The notes beneath the pieces were generated by a model. That model ran no database searches, was not told the DNA's origin, and was given only the letters and a program-made list of their open reading frames with translations. This document shows positions 12,765-25,087 of a stretch of 64,000 nt of DNA, piece after piece. The stretch's first letter is position 1, and each line of letters starts with the position of its first letter. The translations under genes and the position numbers were made by a program. This DNA comes from the human T2T-CHM13v2.0 reference genome, Homo sapiens, in NCBI RefSeq assembly GCF_009914755.1, contig NC_060930.1; one strand, given 5' to 3'.

Positions 12765-13449
12765 ACTTCTCAACCCACTGAAAATGGGCTTAACCTCACT
12801 AAAACTGCTCTGACAAATGTTCCCAATGAAATTAAAATTAACAAACCCAAAGAATGCCCTTTAGTCCTGTCTGACGGGGCCTTTCTGCTGATTTGACTAA
12901 CTGAACCTCTCTTCTTGATACACTTTCACCTTTACTCCCCTGACTTCTACATCGCTCTACTCCCCTGGAATCCTCACACCTTCAGACTATTTTGTGGGAA
13001 AGGAGGACCTCTTATTTGTAGTCTGTAAATGGAGGTGTCGTTTTACCTCCACAAAATACTACTTCACTAAAGCCAGATTATTCACCAATGAACATGGCCC
13101 AGACTTTCTCACCCACTCTGATTCTGTTCATGTTGGCCCCTATGCTCATCTCTATCTGCACAAAACCCACCAATTCTTCAAAGTCCAAATTTTTAGTGAA
13201 GCTCCCATATTTTCATAATCTTTCCCTCCTTTGTATTCCTGTAATTTATATTGCAATTACCCAATACAATACTCATTCCTGTATATTCTCATCTATTCAT
13301 CTATCCTAAGTCATGAGCTCTTTCTTCATGATTGTTGTAATATCTAGTGCCTAAAACCATACTTGACACATAGTAGGAGCCCATCAAATACAAGTATTAT
13401 GATTATGTGTCTTTGCATTCCTCAAATCTCTCGAATAGCAATGTTTCTT

Positions 13450-13743
13450 TTTTTTTTTTTTTTCAGACGGAGTCTTGTTCTGTCACCCAGGCAGGAGTGT
13501 AGTGGCGCAACCTCGGCTCACTGCAACCTCCGCCTCCCAGGTTGAAGTGATTGTCCTGCCTCAGCCTCCTGAGTAGCTGGGATTACAGGTGCACACCACC
13601 ACATCCAGCTAATTTTTGTATTTTTAGTAGAGACAGGGTTTCACCATGTTGGTCAGGCTGGTCCCGAACTCCTGACTTCGTGATCCACCCACCTCAGCCT
13701 CCCAAAGTGTTGGGATTACAGGTGTGAGCCACCGCACCTGGCA
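13450..13743 (-). mobile_element. AluS (Sc/Sg-like)
   Basis: Full dimer; TSD AGCAATGTTTCTT at 13437-13449 and 13746-13758. Confidence 0.95.
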
Positions 13744-13913
13744 TCAGCAATGTTTCTTAAATATTGTAAGATCAATCCATTTTGAATTAATTATTTATTA
13801 ATTAAAGCCCAAAGAATGGATGAACTCTCTTGGTAAGAAAGAAGCACATATAGGAGGCTCACCTATAGTAGGTGATGAAGAGGAAAAGAGAAACTAATGA
13901 GCAATATTTTTAA

Positions 13914-14311
<398 letters not shown>

Positions 14312-15609
14312 TTATAAATTATTTTTGAAGTATACAACACCTCTTCTGCCACTCATTCAGAATGAAGAGAGAGTCATTCTTGACTCTCAATGTCAAGAGT
14401 CAATGTGTCAATGACTTTGTCTCTGACTTAGCCTGGAAAATACCAACGCCAAATGGAATAGTGGTGCACTATCCAGCTGTGTAATCTAGTTTACTCTGTG
14501 CCTCCTTATACACAGGCAGAAGGGAGCTAACTATAACAACAAAAGGGAAAAGAATGAAACCAAATTTAGATCGTTTTTTGCTAAAATGTAGCCAAGTAAA
14601 AATATCAAGGGAATTTATTATATAAAATGGCTATTTTTTTGCATCAAGAAAAAAGAATTAGTTTGTCCCTTGTTCTTGAATCATTCTGCACAAATGTCCT
14701 TTTGCCAGATATTCTATGTTATGGCTTTTTGATATGAGTACCATTTCTTTCAAACTTCTGTCATTTTTAGTACAGCCAAGTTTACTCACTTTTTAAAAGT
14801 GCTATTTTGGGACTAATACAAGGGGAAATTAATCATGGTGCCCAAATGATGGGCCGGGGTACTATTTTATTACTTTCAGTTTAAACTGGGAAATATGTAA
14901 CTGGTTTTTCACCTAGAGAATAAGAATGTTCCAATTTATTAGAAAGTAATTGGTATTGGAAGCAGTCACTGACAGAGGTATAATAATGGAAACCATCCCA
15001 GCTACTTCACGCAGGCCATGCGGGCCAGTCATTGTGCTGAGATGACAGGCCTGCATCTGCAGAGGTGTGGCTTGAAAAGTCTGAAAAATGTCCCTCTTCA
15101 AGACAAGGGTCACATTACTGGTTCTAGACAAGACTCCCTAAAATGCAAAATCTCTAGTAGATGCAACTCCATTTCTAATACATATCCATTAAAGGTGCAC
15201 TTCAGGAGTTCACGGGATACCTGGACTGGCAAACAAAACAGCAAATGTGCATATTTTGCAAAGAGCCAAGGCCTACAATAAAGGTCATGTTGTTTATAAT
15301 ATTGGCTCAACAATTTTCCATAGATCACTTAACAGTTACCAAAAGTGGCAGGGCACTGGTGTACCAGAAAACACATAGAATTGTCTACAGCGTCCAAAAT
15401 GTTGGATATAGAGTTGGAGAGAATGAGAGAGATCAAAAAGGAGTCTGTAAAGGAGAAAATTGGCATGACAAGCCTGAAGGAACCTCCATCTCCTCCTTTT
15501 CCCCAAGTCACTTTTAAGGTATACCTACTATGGGCAGACTTGATCTTATCCTATCTCCCAAAACTATAAGCTATTTTCTTTGTATGTCACCCTATTTCTT
15601 TCTAGCTGG

Positions 15610-15735
15610 AGATGTGATCCCCCCAAAGCCTGCACTGTTACACAACTCCAGAAGACACCATCCTTAGAGTAGTGAATATGAAGCCCCCCCAGAATTGTGC
15701 AGTGCCCAGCTCACATGGCCCTGTGGCATCCCTGC
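15610..15735. mobile_element. MER91-like hAT-Tip100 fragment
   Basis: tgcactgttacacaactccag...gaattgtgcagtgc...ggcatccctg with internal inverted symmetry. Confidence 0.5.
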
Positions 15736-16154
15736 CTGCTGCCATTTTACTCATCATCTAGATTGTACCAAACATTGAGGCTCAGATCCCATTTTGTCTC
15801 CCTGGTGTAAAAAAAACCTTAAATTTCTCTTACCTAAAAAGTTTCATCTTTTCACAAAATAGCTTCAGCCTGTGAGTTTACAATGTGAGTCTACTTTAAA
15901 TAAATTCTGGAGGCCAAGAATAAATGAAAGGTCCTGGAGCCCAACTTCCCTTGAACCTCCATAGAATGTAAGTGATATAATGGGAAGGACATTCAACAGA
16001 AGGATAGGAAATTTGGATTTAGAACTCTACATTGCTGTGCGACTTTGGGCAAGTCACAAAACTCATATGTGAGTTTCACATTTGTAATATAAAGGAGGTG
16101 AGGTAGATAAGACACTTCAAAGGCGCCTTAGAGTTCTAATATTTTATAGAACCT

Positions 16155-16907
16155 TGAAACCTCCTTTGCAAAGATTATGACAGTGAGAGGACTCTAGCAT
16201 GGCTGACTCTATCTTGCTTCTAGCCTCACAAGCAGGCTGACCTCACTCACTCCTGGGTATAGGCCAAACTAACCACGGGAAGAATTTAGTTTATAGTTTA
16301 ACTTGGAAGCAAGGATGATAATAATCCCTCCTAAAACTAACCCCTTCCTTGCTCAGGGACCTATAACTAATGAAAAACCACGAAACTAGGATTATGGGAG
16401 GGGACTGAATTCTGCTAAAATGTAGGCATAGTTTCTATAATGCCTTACTGCTCAGGAACCATGTGGCCAGAGATCACAAGATCTGTGACTTCTCCAATTG
16501 CTCCTATAGATAACACCACTATTGTAGAACTTAAGATTGGTGTTTTGAGATGTTTTTCAGATTTTTGCATTCTGGCAACTGACTGACCCCACCTGGACCC
16601 ATGACTCCTGACTCAACCAGTCCTATGGCCCCCACCCAGAAATGGACTCAGCTCACAAGAACTGTTTTCCACACCCCTATAATACCATCCCCAACCAATC
16701 AGCAGCACCTATTCCCTATCCCCTTGCCCACCAAATTATCCATAAGACCTTAGCCCCTGAATTCTCAGGGAGACTGACTTGAGTAATAACTCCAATCTTT
16801 CCACTTGGCCAGCCTTGTGTTAAACCATTTTTCTCCTGCAATACCACAGTATCAGTGAGTTGATTTTGTCTGTGTAGCAGGCAGGAAGTACCCATCAGGC
16901 AATTATA
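16155..16907 (+). mobile_element. LTR8-family (LTR8A/8B-like, ERV1) solo LTR
   Basis: Starts tgaaacctcctttgcaaagattatgacagtgag and ends aggcaattata (for ...ttaca); 4-bp TSD ACCT at 16151-16154 and 16908-16911. Confidence 0.85.
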
Positions 16908-17175
16908 ACCTCAGAACACCACCTCCAGAGTAAGGGCATCTGACTCATATACAGTCACCCCATAAAGAGAGAGCAATAGGTGGTCTTTGGAGATCTGGGA
17001 GACAACTCACTAAATGCTCCATACATATCAAGCCAGATGACACATAGGTCTAAGCTGAGAGTAACTTATCTCATAAGGCATAGTCCTGCTTCTCCTCTCA
17101 GCACCAGCCATTCAGAAAGATTTTTTTTTTCTTATCTCTAGCCCGGCAAACCTAGCACATAACTTCCACATTTTT

Positions 17176-19330
17176 TTTGAGATTTTTTTTTTTTATTATT
17201 ATACTTTAAGTTCTGGGATATATTTGCAGAACATGCGGGTTTGTTACATAGGTATACATGTGCCATGGTGGCTTCCTGCACCCATCAACCCTTCATCTAC
17301 ATTAGGTATTTCTCCTAATGCTATCCATTCCCTTGCCCTGCAACCTCTGACAGGCCCCAGTGTGTGATGTTCCCCTCGCTGTGCCCATATGTTTTCATTG
17401 TTCAACTCTCACTTATGAGTGAGAACATGTGGTGTTCGGTTGTCTGTTCCTGTGTTAGTTTGCTGAGAATGATGGTTTCCAGCTTCATCCATGTCCCTGC
17501 AAAGGATATGAACTCATTCTTTTTTATGGCTGCATAGTATTCCATGGTGTATATGTGCCACATTTTCTTTATCCAGTCTAACATTGATGGCATTTGGGTT
17601 GGTTCCAAGTTTGCTATTTTTGTTGGTTCCATTTTTTGCTATTGTGAATAGTGCTGCAATAAACATATGTGTGCATGTGTCTTTACAGTAGAATGATTTA
17701 TGATCCTTTGGGTATATACCCAGTAATGGGATTGCTGGGTCAAATGGTACTTCTGGTTCTAGATCCTTGAGGAATCTCCACACTGTCTTCCACATTGGTT
17801 GAACTAATTTACACTCCCACCAACAGTGTAAGAGCTTTCCTATTTCTCTACATCCTCTCCAGCATCTGTTGTTTCCTGGCATTTTAATGATCACCATTCT
17901 AACTAGCGTGAGATGGTATCTCACTGTGGTTTCGATTTGCATTTGTCAAATGACCAGTGATGATGAGCTATTTATCATATGTTTGTTGGCCACATAAATA
18001 TCTTCTTTTGAAAAATGTCTGTTCATATCTTTTGCCCACTTTTTGATGGGGTTGTTTTTTTCTTGTAAACTTGTTTAAGTTCCTTGTAGATTCTGGATAT
18101 TAGCCCTTTGTGAGATGGATAGATTGCAAAAATTTTCTTCCATTCTGTAGGTTGCCTGTTCATGCTGATGATAGTTTCTTTTGCTGTGCAGAAGCTCTTC
18201 AGTTTAATTAGATCCCATTTGTCAATTTTGGCTTTTGTTGCCATTGCTTTTGGTGTTTTAGTCAAGAAGTCTTTGCCCATGCCTATGTCCTGAATGGTAT
18301 TGCCTAGGTTTTCTTCTAGGGCTTTTATGGTTTTAGGTCTTATGTTTAAATCTTTAATCCATCGAGTTAATTTTTGTATAAGGTGTAAGGAAGGGGTCCA
18401 GTTTCAGTTTTCTGCATATGGCTAGCCTGTTTTCCCAACACCATTTATTAAAAAGGAAATCCTTTCCCCATTGCTTGTTTTTGTCAGGTTTGTCAAAGAT
18501 CAGATAGTTGTAGATGTGTGGTGCTATTTCTGAGGCCTCTGTTCTGTTTCTCTGGTCTAGATATCTGTTTTGGTACCGGTACCATGATGTTTTGGTTCCT
18601 GTAGGCTTGTAGTATAGTTTGAAGTCAGGTAGCATGATGCCTCCAGCTTTGTTCTTTTTGCTTAGGATTGTCTTGGCTATGCAGGCTCTTTTTTGGTTCC
18701 ATATGGAATTTAGAGTAGTTTTTTCTAATTCTGTGGAGAAAGTCAGTGGTAGCTTGATGGGAACAGCATTGAATCTATAAATTACTTTGGGCAGTGTGGC
18801 CATTTTCATGATATTGATTCTTCCTATCCATGAGCATGGAATGTTTTTCCATTTGTTTGTGTCCTCTCTTATTTCCTTGAGCAGTGTTTTGTAGTTCTCC
18901 TTGAAGAGGTCCTTCACATCCCTTGTAAGTTGTATTTCTAGATATTTTACTCTCTTTGTAGCAATTGTGAATGGGAGTTTGCTTGTGATTTGACTCTCTG
19001 TTTGTCTATTATTGGTGTATCAAAATGCTTGTGATTTTTGCACATTGATTTTGTATCCGGAGACTTTGCTGATGTTGCTTATCAGGTTAAGGAGTTTTTG
19101 GGCTGAGGCGATGGGGTTTTCTAAATATACAATCATGTTATCTGCACACAGAGATAATTTGACTTCCTCTCTTCTTATTTGAATACACTTTATTTCTTTC
19201 TCTTGCCTGATTGCCCTGGCCAGAACTTCCAATACTATCTTGAATAGGAGTGGTGAGAGAGGGCATCCTTGTCTTGTGCCGGTTTTCAAAGGGAATGCTT
19301 CCAGCTTTTGCCCATTCAGTATGATGGCTG
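17176..19330 (-). mobile_element. 5'-truncated L1PA7-like LINE-1 (about 2.15 kb, disrupted ORF2 C-terminal part plus 3'UTR)
   Basis: ORF2 peptide fragments in the ORF track ([28 protein letters not shown]); 17-bp TSD ATAACTTC(C/T)ACATTTTT at 17159-17175 and 19331-19347. Confidence 0.95.
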
Positions 19331-20164
19331 ATAACTTCTACATTTTTACCAGTCCACCCACATTTGCTAATGTTAACTCCCTCCCACTCTTAGCTACAAC
19401 ACCTCCCATATGACAATGCTACTAGAAGACAAGTGTCTACTACTACAAGAATATATATCTATAGTTCTAAATATAGGAGCTTTCTCATTTTAAACAAATC
19501 TAACATAGCTAAATCTGCATTTACAAGGACATATGTTTATATATATGGACTTGTATATGTGTGTGTGCATATATATATGGAATAGATTATCTGCTTTGCA
19601 AATGAATTCACCAGGGAATTCCTTAAAATACCAGGTCCTTCATTATCCTTCTCTTCACTGCCTCCCACATAAATGATGTCTTGCACTTTTTATTTATTGA
19701 TAGCTGCTCAAGAATATATCTATTGTGTAATGTAGGTATATTGTATTTATAAAGATTAATGGAAAGCAAAATGCATTTCTTTGGAGCCATCTGACTAATT
19801 TCTTTAATATTTCAGAAGTGTGAGTTTATATTTTGCATATCTAGGATCTGAAACCTTATCTAGCACCACTATAAACATAAAAACCACATGAATCTTAAAT
19901 ACTTTCCAGAGTTCACCATGATGTAATAGCATTACGCAGAAATTAGAGTTTGCAAGAGCCACGGACTTCCCAAGAGCCTTTATGGATGGAGAAAAGTGAG
20001 CTAATGATGTAGTTTTGTAAAGGTTTCTAAGGCAAAAATTGTACCTTTCACTCAGGTCAATAGCTTTCGGCTGGGGGCAGCTTAAAAGGTAAAGTAATTC
20101 TGCCTCTGTACACAACCAATGTTAATAGACAAAAACACTAACCACATTTCTGGGAGTGGTGAAG

Positions 20165-20174
20165 CTATTTTTAG
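20165..20174. promoter_or_regulatory. Consensus MEF2 site CTATTTTTAG
   Basis: Exact YTA(A/T)4TAR match in unique DNA 1.3 kb downstream of the coding exon; motif only. Confidence 0.3.
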
Positions 20175-20455
20175 TAACAGTGGCTGCTCTAGAAAATTTT
20201 ATCTTTTGCTGTGAAATGCCAATGTGATTTTTCTCAGTCTGTAAATGGTAAGCTCAATCATGTTTGTTTGTTTAAACTTGAGTTTTGTATGTTGTTTGTT
20301 TTTCTTTACCCCAGGGATTTCCTTATCTGTATGCACACACAGATGATAACAGGAACAGAGTGACCCACCCTAGTTTAGAGTAGGTTGCCAATTACCTCAC
20401 TAAAGCTAACAGCACCCATAAGCCAACAAGGATTTTATTTCATGCAATTGTTAAA

Positions 20456-20481
20456 GTAATTATTTTTGCACCAACCTAATA
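20456..20481 (+). mobile_element. Solo Hsmar1/MADE1 TIR
   Basis: gtaattatttttgcaccaacctaa-ta is an Hsmar1 right TIR with its TA; no partner TIR nearby. Confidence 0.85.
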
Positions 20482-21482
20482 GTATTCCTTCAAAGGCTCA
20501 TGCAAGCTAAGAAACTAATAAAAACAAAAATGAAAACAGTAGCTCCACTCTTTAAGTCATCTTCTCCAGGAAAAAAAAAAAAAAAGTATTGTTCCTCTAC
20601 TTCCAGAAATATAATTGTTCAGGGCTCAGAAACTCAGAAGAATCCTCACTTCCTGCCTGCCTCCTGGGTCCCTAGAAACATAGATTTAATGGGAGGGAGG
20701 GACATGGCTCATGGCAACTAAATAAGATTGGTGGGGGTGGGCAGAGGAAAGAGCATAGGACGAAGAATCAGGAAGCCTGAGATGAGATCCGGACAAACCT
20801 TCAATCCTTCTGGGCCTCAGATTCTTCATTTATAAAATACAGATGATACCCACATTTTTATTGTGATCATACGAGATAGTGGATGTGAAAATGCTTAGGA
20901 AACTATTAGGTTCTTCATAATGAATGCAATGCTCTGCTTATTTGTGTGCATCTCAATTCCTATGATGTTGTAGAATATTGAGACTGAAAGTTAAAAAAAG
21001 AGAGAAAAGACTGGGCAATAAGGCTGGTTTCAACAAAGCCTTATTTACCTCTATCTCTCCTTCTCTCTTTCACTCTACCTCCTAGAAAAAAGCAAAATTA
21101 GCAATTGACCTGAACTCTCCATTTTAATAATCACTGCATTTCTACATTTTTCAGTCACAGTCAATGTCTAAATTAGATAACCTAATTGATTACCTACTGA
21201 CCGAAAGGATCTGTATTAAATCACCACCAAAATCATATAATGAAGAAATTTTCTGCTTCTAGAGAAGTTTGAAGTTGGAATCAGCACTTTTTCATTTAGC
21301 ATTCATTCAACAAATATTTATTTAGTGCAAACTTGTGCCAGGCACTAGGGATTTAGAAATAAGGGAAACATTCTCCTTTCCCCATAAAGTTCATTACTCA
21401 GAGAGGGGAACAGATTTACATTCTCTTATTTTATAGCTTAGAAACCAAAGACACAATAACAGTTGGGAAAGTTTGACTCTAC

Positions 21483-21758
21483 CTGCAACTCCCCTTCCAT
21501 TATACTGAGTAGTTGGATGAGGTCTTCTTTGGATAACTCCAGGGATTTCTTAGTTTTTCGTTCACATTCTCCAGATGTTTTTAGGTGTCGTTTGACAGTT
21601 CCTGAGGCCATGACATCATCCTCCTTCCTATTTGATTTCTTCTTCTTTTTTGCATCTTCTGAGAGACTTTTTTCACCAGCATTGCCGATGATGGAGGGCT
21701 TGGGACAGGAGATATGCCCATCAGATGCACTTTCACCACCTTGGTTTCGAGATCTCAT
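21483..21758 (-). CDS. FILIP1: FILIP1 first coding exon (exon 21483-21764 including 6 nt of 5'UTR), residues 1-92
   Basis: Translation MRSRNQGGESASDGHISCPKPSIIGNAGEKSLSEDAKKKKKSNRKEDDVMASGTVKRHLKTSGECERKTKKSLELSKEDLIQLLSIMEGELQ matches the recalled human FILIP1 N-terminus; the last part begins the CTTNBP2/FILIP1L-type N-terminal domain. Acceptor ttgtag|GTGGGAATG at 21765/21764; phase-0 donor CAG|GTAGAG at 21483/21482. Confidence 0.97.
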
Positions 21759-21949
21759 TCCCACCTACAACACATACATAAAAAAAGATAAGATGTTCTT
21801 TACCACCATCAAAATTATTTTTGCCTAAATACTTAGAAACTTATAGCAGCTTTACCACATCGCCAATAAGGAAAAATCAAATTAACATGTCATTAAAATT
21901 TTCAGGAAACCCCTTTGATGGTCTTCAGAAAAAATGAAAGTAAGATTTT

Positions 21950-22265
21950 AACCTGACAAACCCCTCAAGCCAAATGATCAAGGTCAGTATCAATAGTGCT
22001 AAGTCATATTGCTGTTACATAGCCCCCATAATAATATATCAATATTGGTTCATTGATTGTAACAAACGTACTATACTATCCTAATGGAGATGTCAATTAT
22101 AGAGGAAACTGGGTGTAGGGCATATGCGTATTAGCTTTGTAATAATGTTAGGAATCTAAAACTGTTCTGAAATAAAATAAAAATCAATAAAAACTGTTCT
22201 AAAATAAAATAAAAATAAATAAATAAAAACTGTTCTAAGATAAAATTAAAAGTTTATTTATTTAT
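21950..22265 (+). mobile_element. L1MC-like 3' end with a triplicated terminal unit
   Basis: atatcaatattggttcattgattgtaacaaacgtac...gaggaaactgggtgtaggg; three copies of aaaactgttct(g/a)a.ataaaat at about 22158-22250. Confidence 0.7.
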
Positions 22266-24701
22266 CAGAAAAATCAAACCTGAAACCCTGCCAGGAGCCA
22301 GTTGGATGTCACAGTGTGGAAAAAAAAAAAAAAAAAAAAAGCCCACATAGGGTGGGGGCTTAAAATGGACAGAGGAAAAGGGAAAAGCAAAGGGAAGAGG
22401 AGGGTGGTGTCATTTTTAGTGATATGCGATTCTATTTTCCCATAGCCTCTATTTTAAAATCAGGTCTTTTAATGTCATTTACAGTAATAAGAGCACAAAG
22501 AATTGGGAGAAAATGAATCAATTTCAAAATCAAAACTTAAAACAGTATTTTGAGGTAAAATAAGGAAAAAAGACAAAGCAGCAGCTAAGATATTAACTTG
22601 TCCCATGAGAAGCACATTCAAGTCATCCCATGAGGAATGCTTTACAGTTTCTCTGTCAGTCTCTGAGCAAAAGAATTCTACCAACAGGTATGTTACAAAC
22701 AAACACACCGAACTCACAGGCTAGGTCTCAAAGTGCTGTGAAGAGAGCTCTAATATCCTGTGGGGTGTATTTCAAATTTTGCCTAAACCCTTAAATATAG
22801 TAGATTAGCTCATGGGCTTATTTAAAAACTCACAGTATAAATAGCCCTTACCATGAACAGCTAAGCAAAAAGATTTTCATCACTAATTCCAGATAAAATA
22901 TAGGGACTTTGTTATATGAAAGTAAATTTCCTTTATGAACCCAACCATACTTAAGAAACTAAGGAAAGATTTTTTAAAAACATTAGGTTTGTAACACAAA
23001 AATTAACACAGTGTGATGTTTCCTTTCAGATAGTGAATATCCAATTCTTCCAATGAATCTTGAAATCTACATTAATGCTGTTTTTTTAAAAATTGAACTC
23101 GTAAGCAAATGGACGCTTTTATGTGTGTGTGAACTTTCTACAGCACCCCAGCTTTTAACAATATAAACCAAAGGAATATTTCTTGATGCTAGCACCCTGT
23201 TTTCTGGTTCACTCAATGATTAGTTCCCAATTTTAGAGTATCTTTTGGGTTTCCCTAGTCAACAAAGAATAGAAGTTTCTTTGTAATGGAAGCCAGGGCA
23301 CTTTGGAACAAACCTACTGTATTTTATCACAGCTTATTTGTGGGCAGAATGGACTGACTAAAGCCCCAATCCAAAAAAAAAAAAAAAAGAAGTGATGAAT
23401 AAAGAGTTTCAAATTTAACTCATGACCTGTTATGGCTCACAGTTAAGACACATGGACTTCCCTAACTGAATTGTGATTCTGTACGACTTCATACCACATG
23501 TGAATTCTTTTTATCTGAAATAATTTTCTCTATAAGATCTTAAAGCTCTTTGAGATGACATACCAAATATTGATTTGACAACTTTAATTTAAATCATTAA
23601 ATCATGAGTTAACAGAAATCCCAGACAATAGTTCCCAAAGCACAGGAAGTGCTTAATCTTACACAGTATTTAAATCTGATTGTATTATGTTACATGCATT
23701 TACTCAATCACAATTATATCTGCAAACATACAGAAAATAATCTATTAGTATCAATTTTATATTAGTTCTTTCTAAAAATTTCATTCTGAAATTAATATTT
23801 TAAAATAAAGTTTATTATAGTATTATATTAATGGCTTTTACACAAAAAATTCCACCCATTTTAGAATTATGTAATTATTTTATATCATTATTCAGGTTGA
23901 AAGCTTTAGTCTCCTATTCCCTTCCACATTAATTCACTTTGGCTGATGGAAAATTTCATGTGGTAGACCCATGAGGTTAATTTTGTCTTAACAAATATTT
24001 TTCTTTTCTGATATTGAAATTTCACATTAATTACTTTTCCTTTGGCATGAACATAAAGATTTTTAGTCCTTTCTCAGTTAGATAAATGAGGTCTTCTATC
24101 TATCTTCACAATGAAGTCAGCAATCAGCACCTGTTCTATCTCAGGAATACAAAAGTACTCAGCAATAACAAATGAATCAAGAATGTTTTAGCAAGGAATT
24201 AGCATCTATGAGGAAGATAAACATAATTTCTCAAAAGAATAACTAAGTCTGCTATAAATAATGTACACTTTAAAATGCTTTATTCTATTTTGGAGGGGGA
24301 AAACATCCAAGCAATAATGGACTTGCATGTGTCACATTTAGTGACATTTATACTCTTCATATTTTTAATAGCTCTCACTTACTGCTTCTTAAGTGTTACA
24401 CAGTATAGGAAGCATTTTTCATACAGCACCTTGTTTAGTATTTACATCAACCCTGTGAAGTAGGTGCTATTTCTCTCAGGTTTATAGATGAAGCTACTGA
24501 GGTTTAAATAAATTAAATATCTTTTCCTGTATCACACAGCTACTCCTAGTGGAGAGAAAAACTAGAATTTGAACTCAGGTCGGACACTAAATACTAACCC
24601 ACTATACAGCTTTCCTTACGGCTTTCCTCGAAGTTCTTAAACATATGCTAATTGGAAGAGGGGCTATCCCTGATAAATCAGGGGATCAAGAAAAAGTCAG
24701 A

Positions 24702-25087
<386 letters not shown>

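Noticed and set aside
21438-21764. 108-aa ORF read as a complete protein (GTG start, VESNF... tail)
   Set aside because: The GTG is the first exon base after the acceptor, and the tail is intron read-through past the CAG|GT donor.
21463-21828. 121-aa plus-strand ORF
   Set aside because: Antisense shadow of the FILIP1 exon with no independent support.
22158-22250. Three spaced repeats resembling a CRISPR-like array
   Set aside because: Slippage triplication of an L1MC 3' end with A-rich, non-unique spacers, in a eukaryotic genome.
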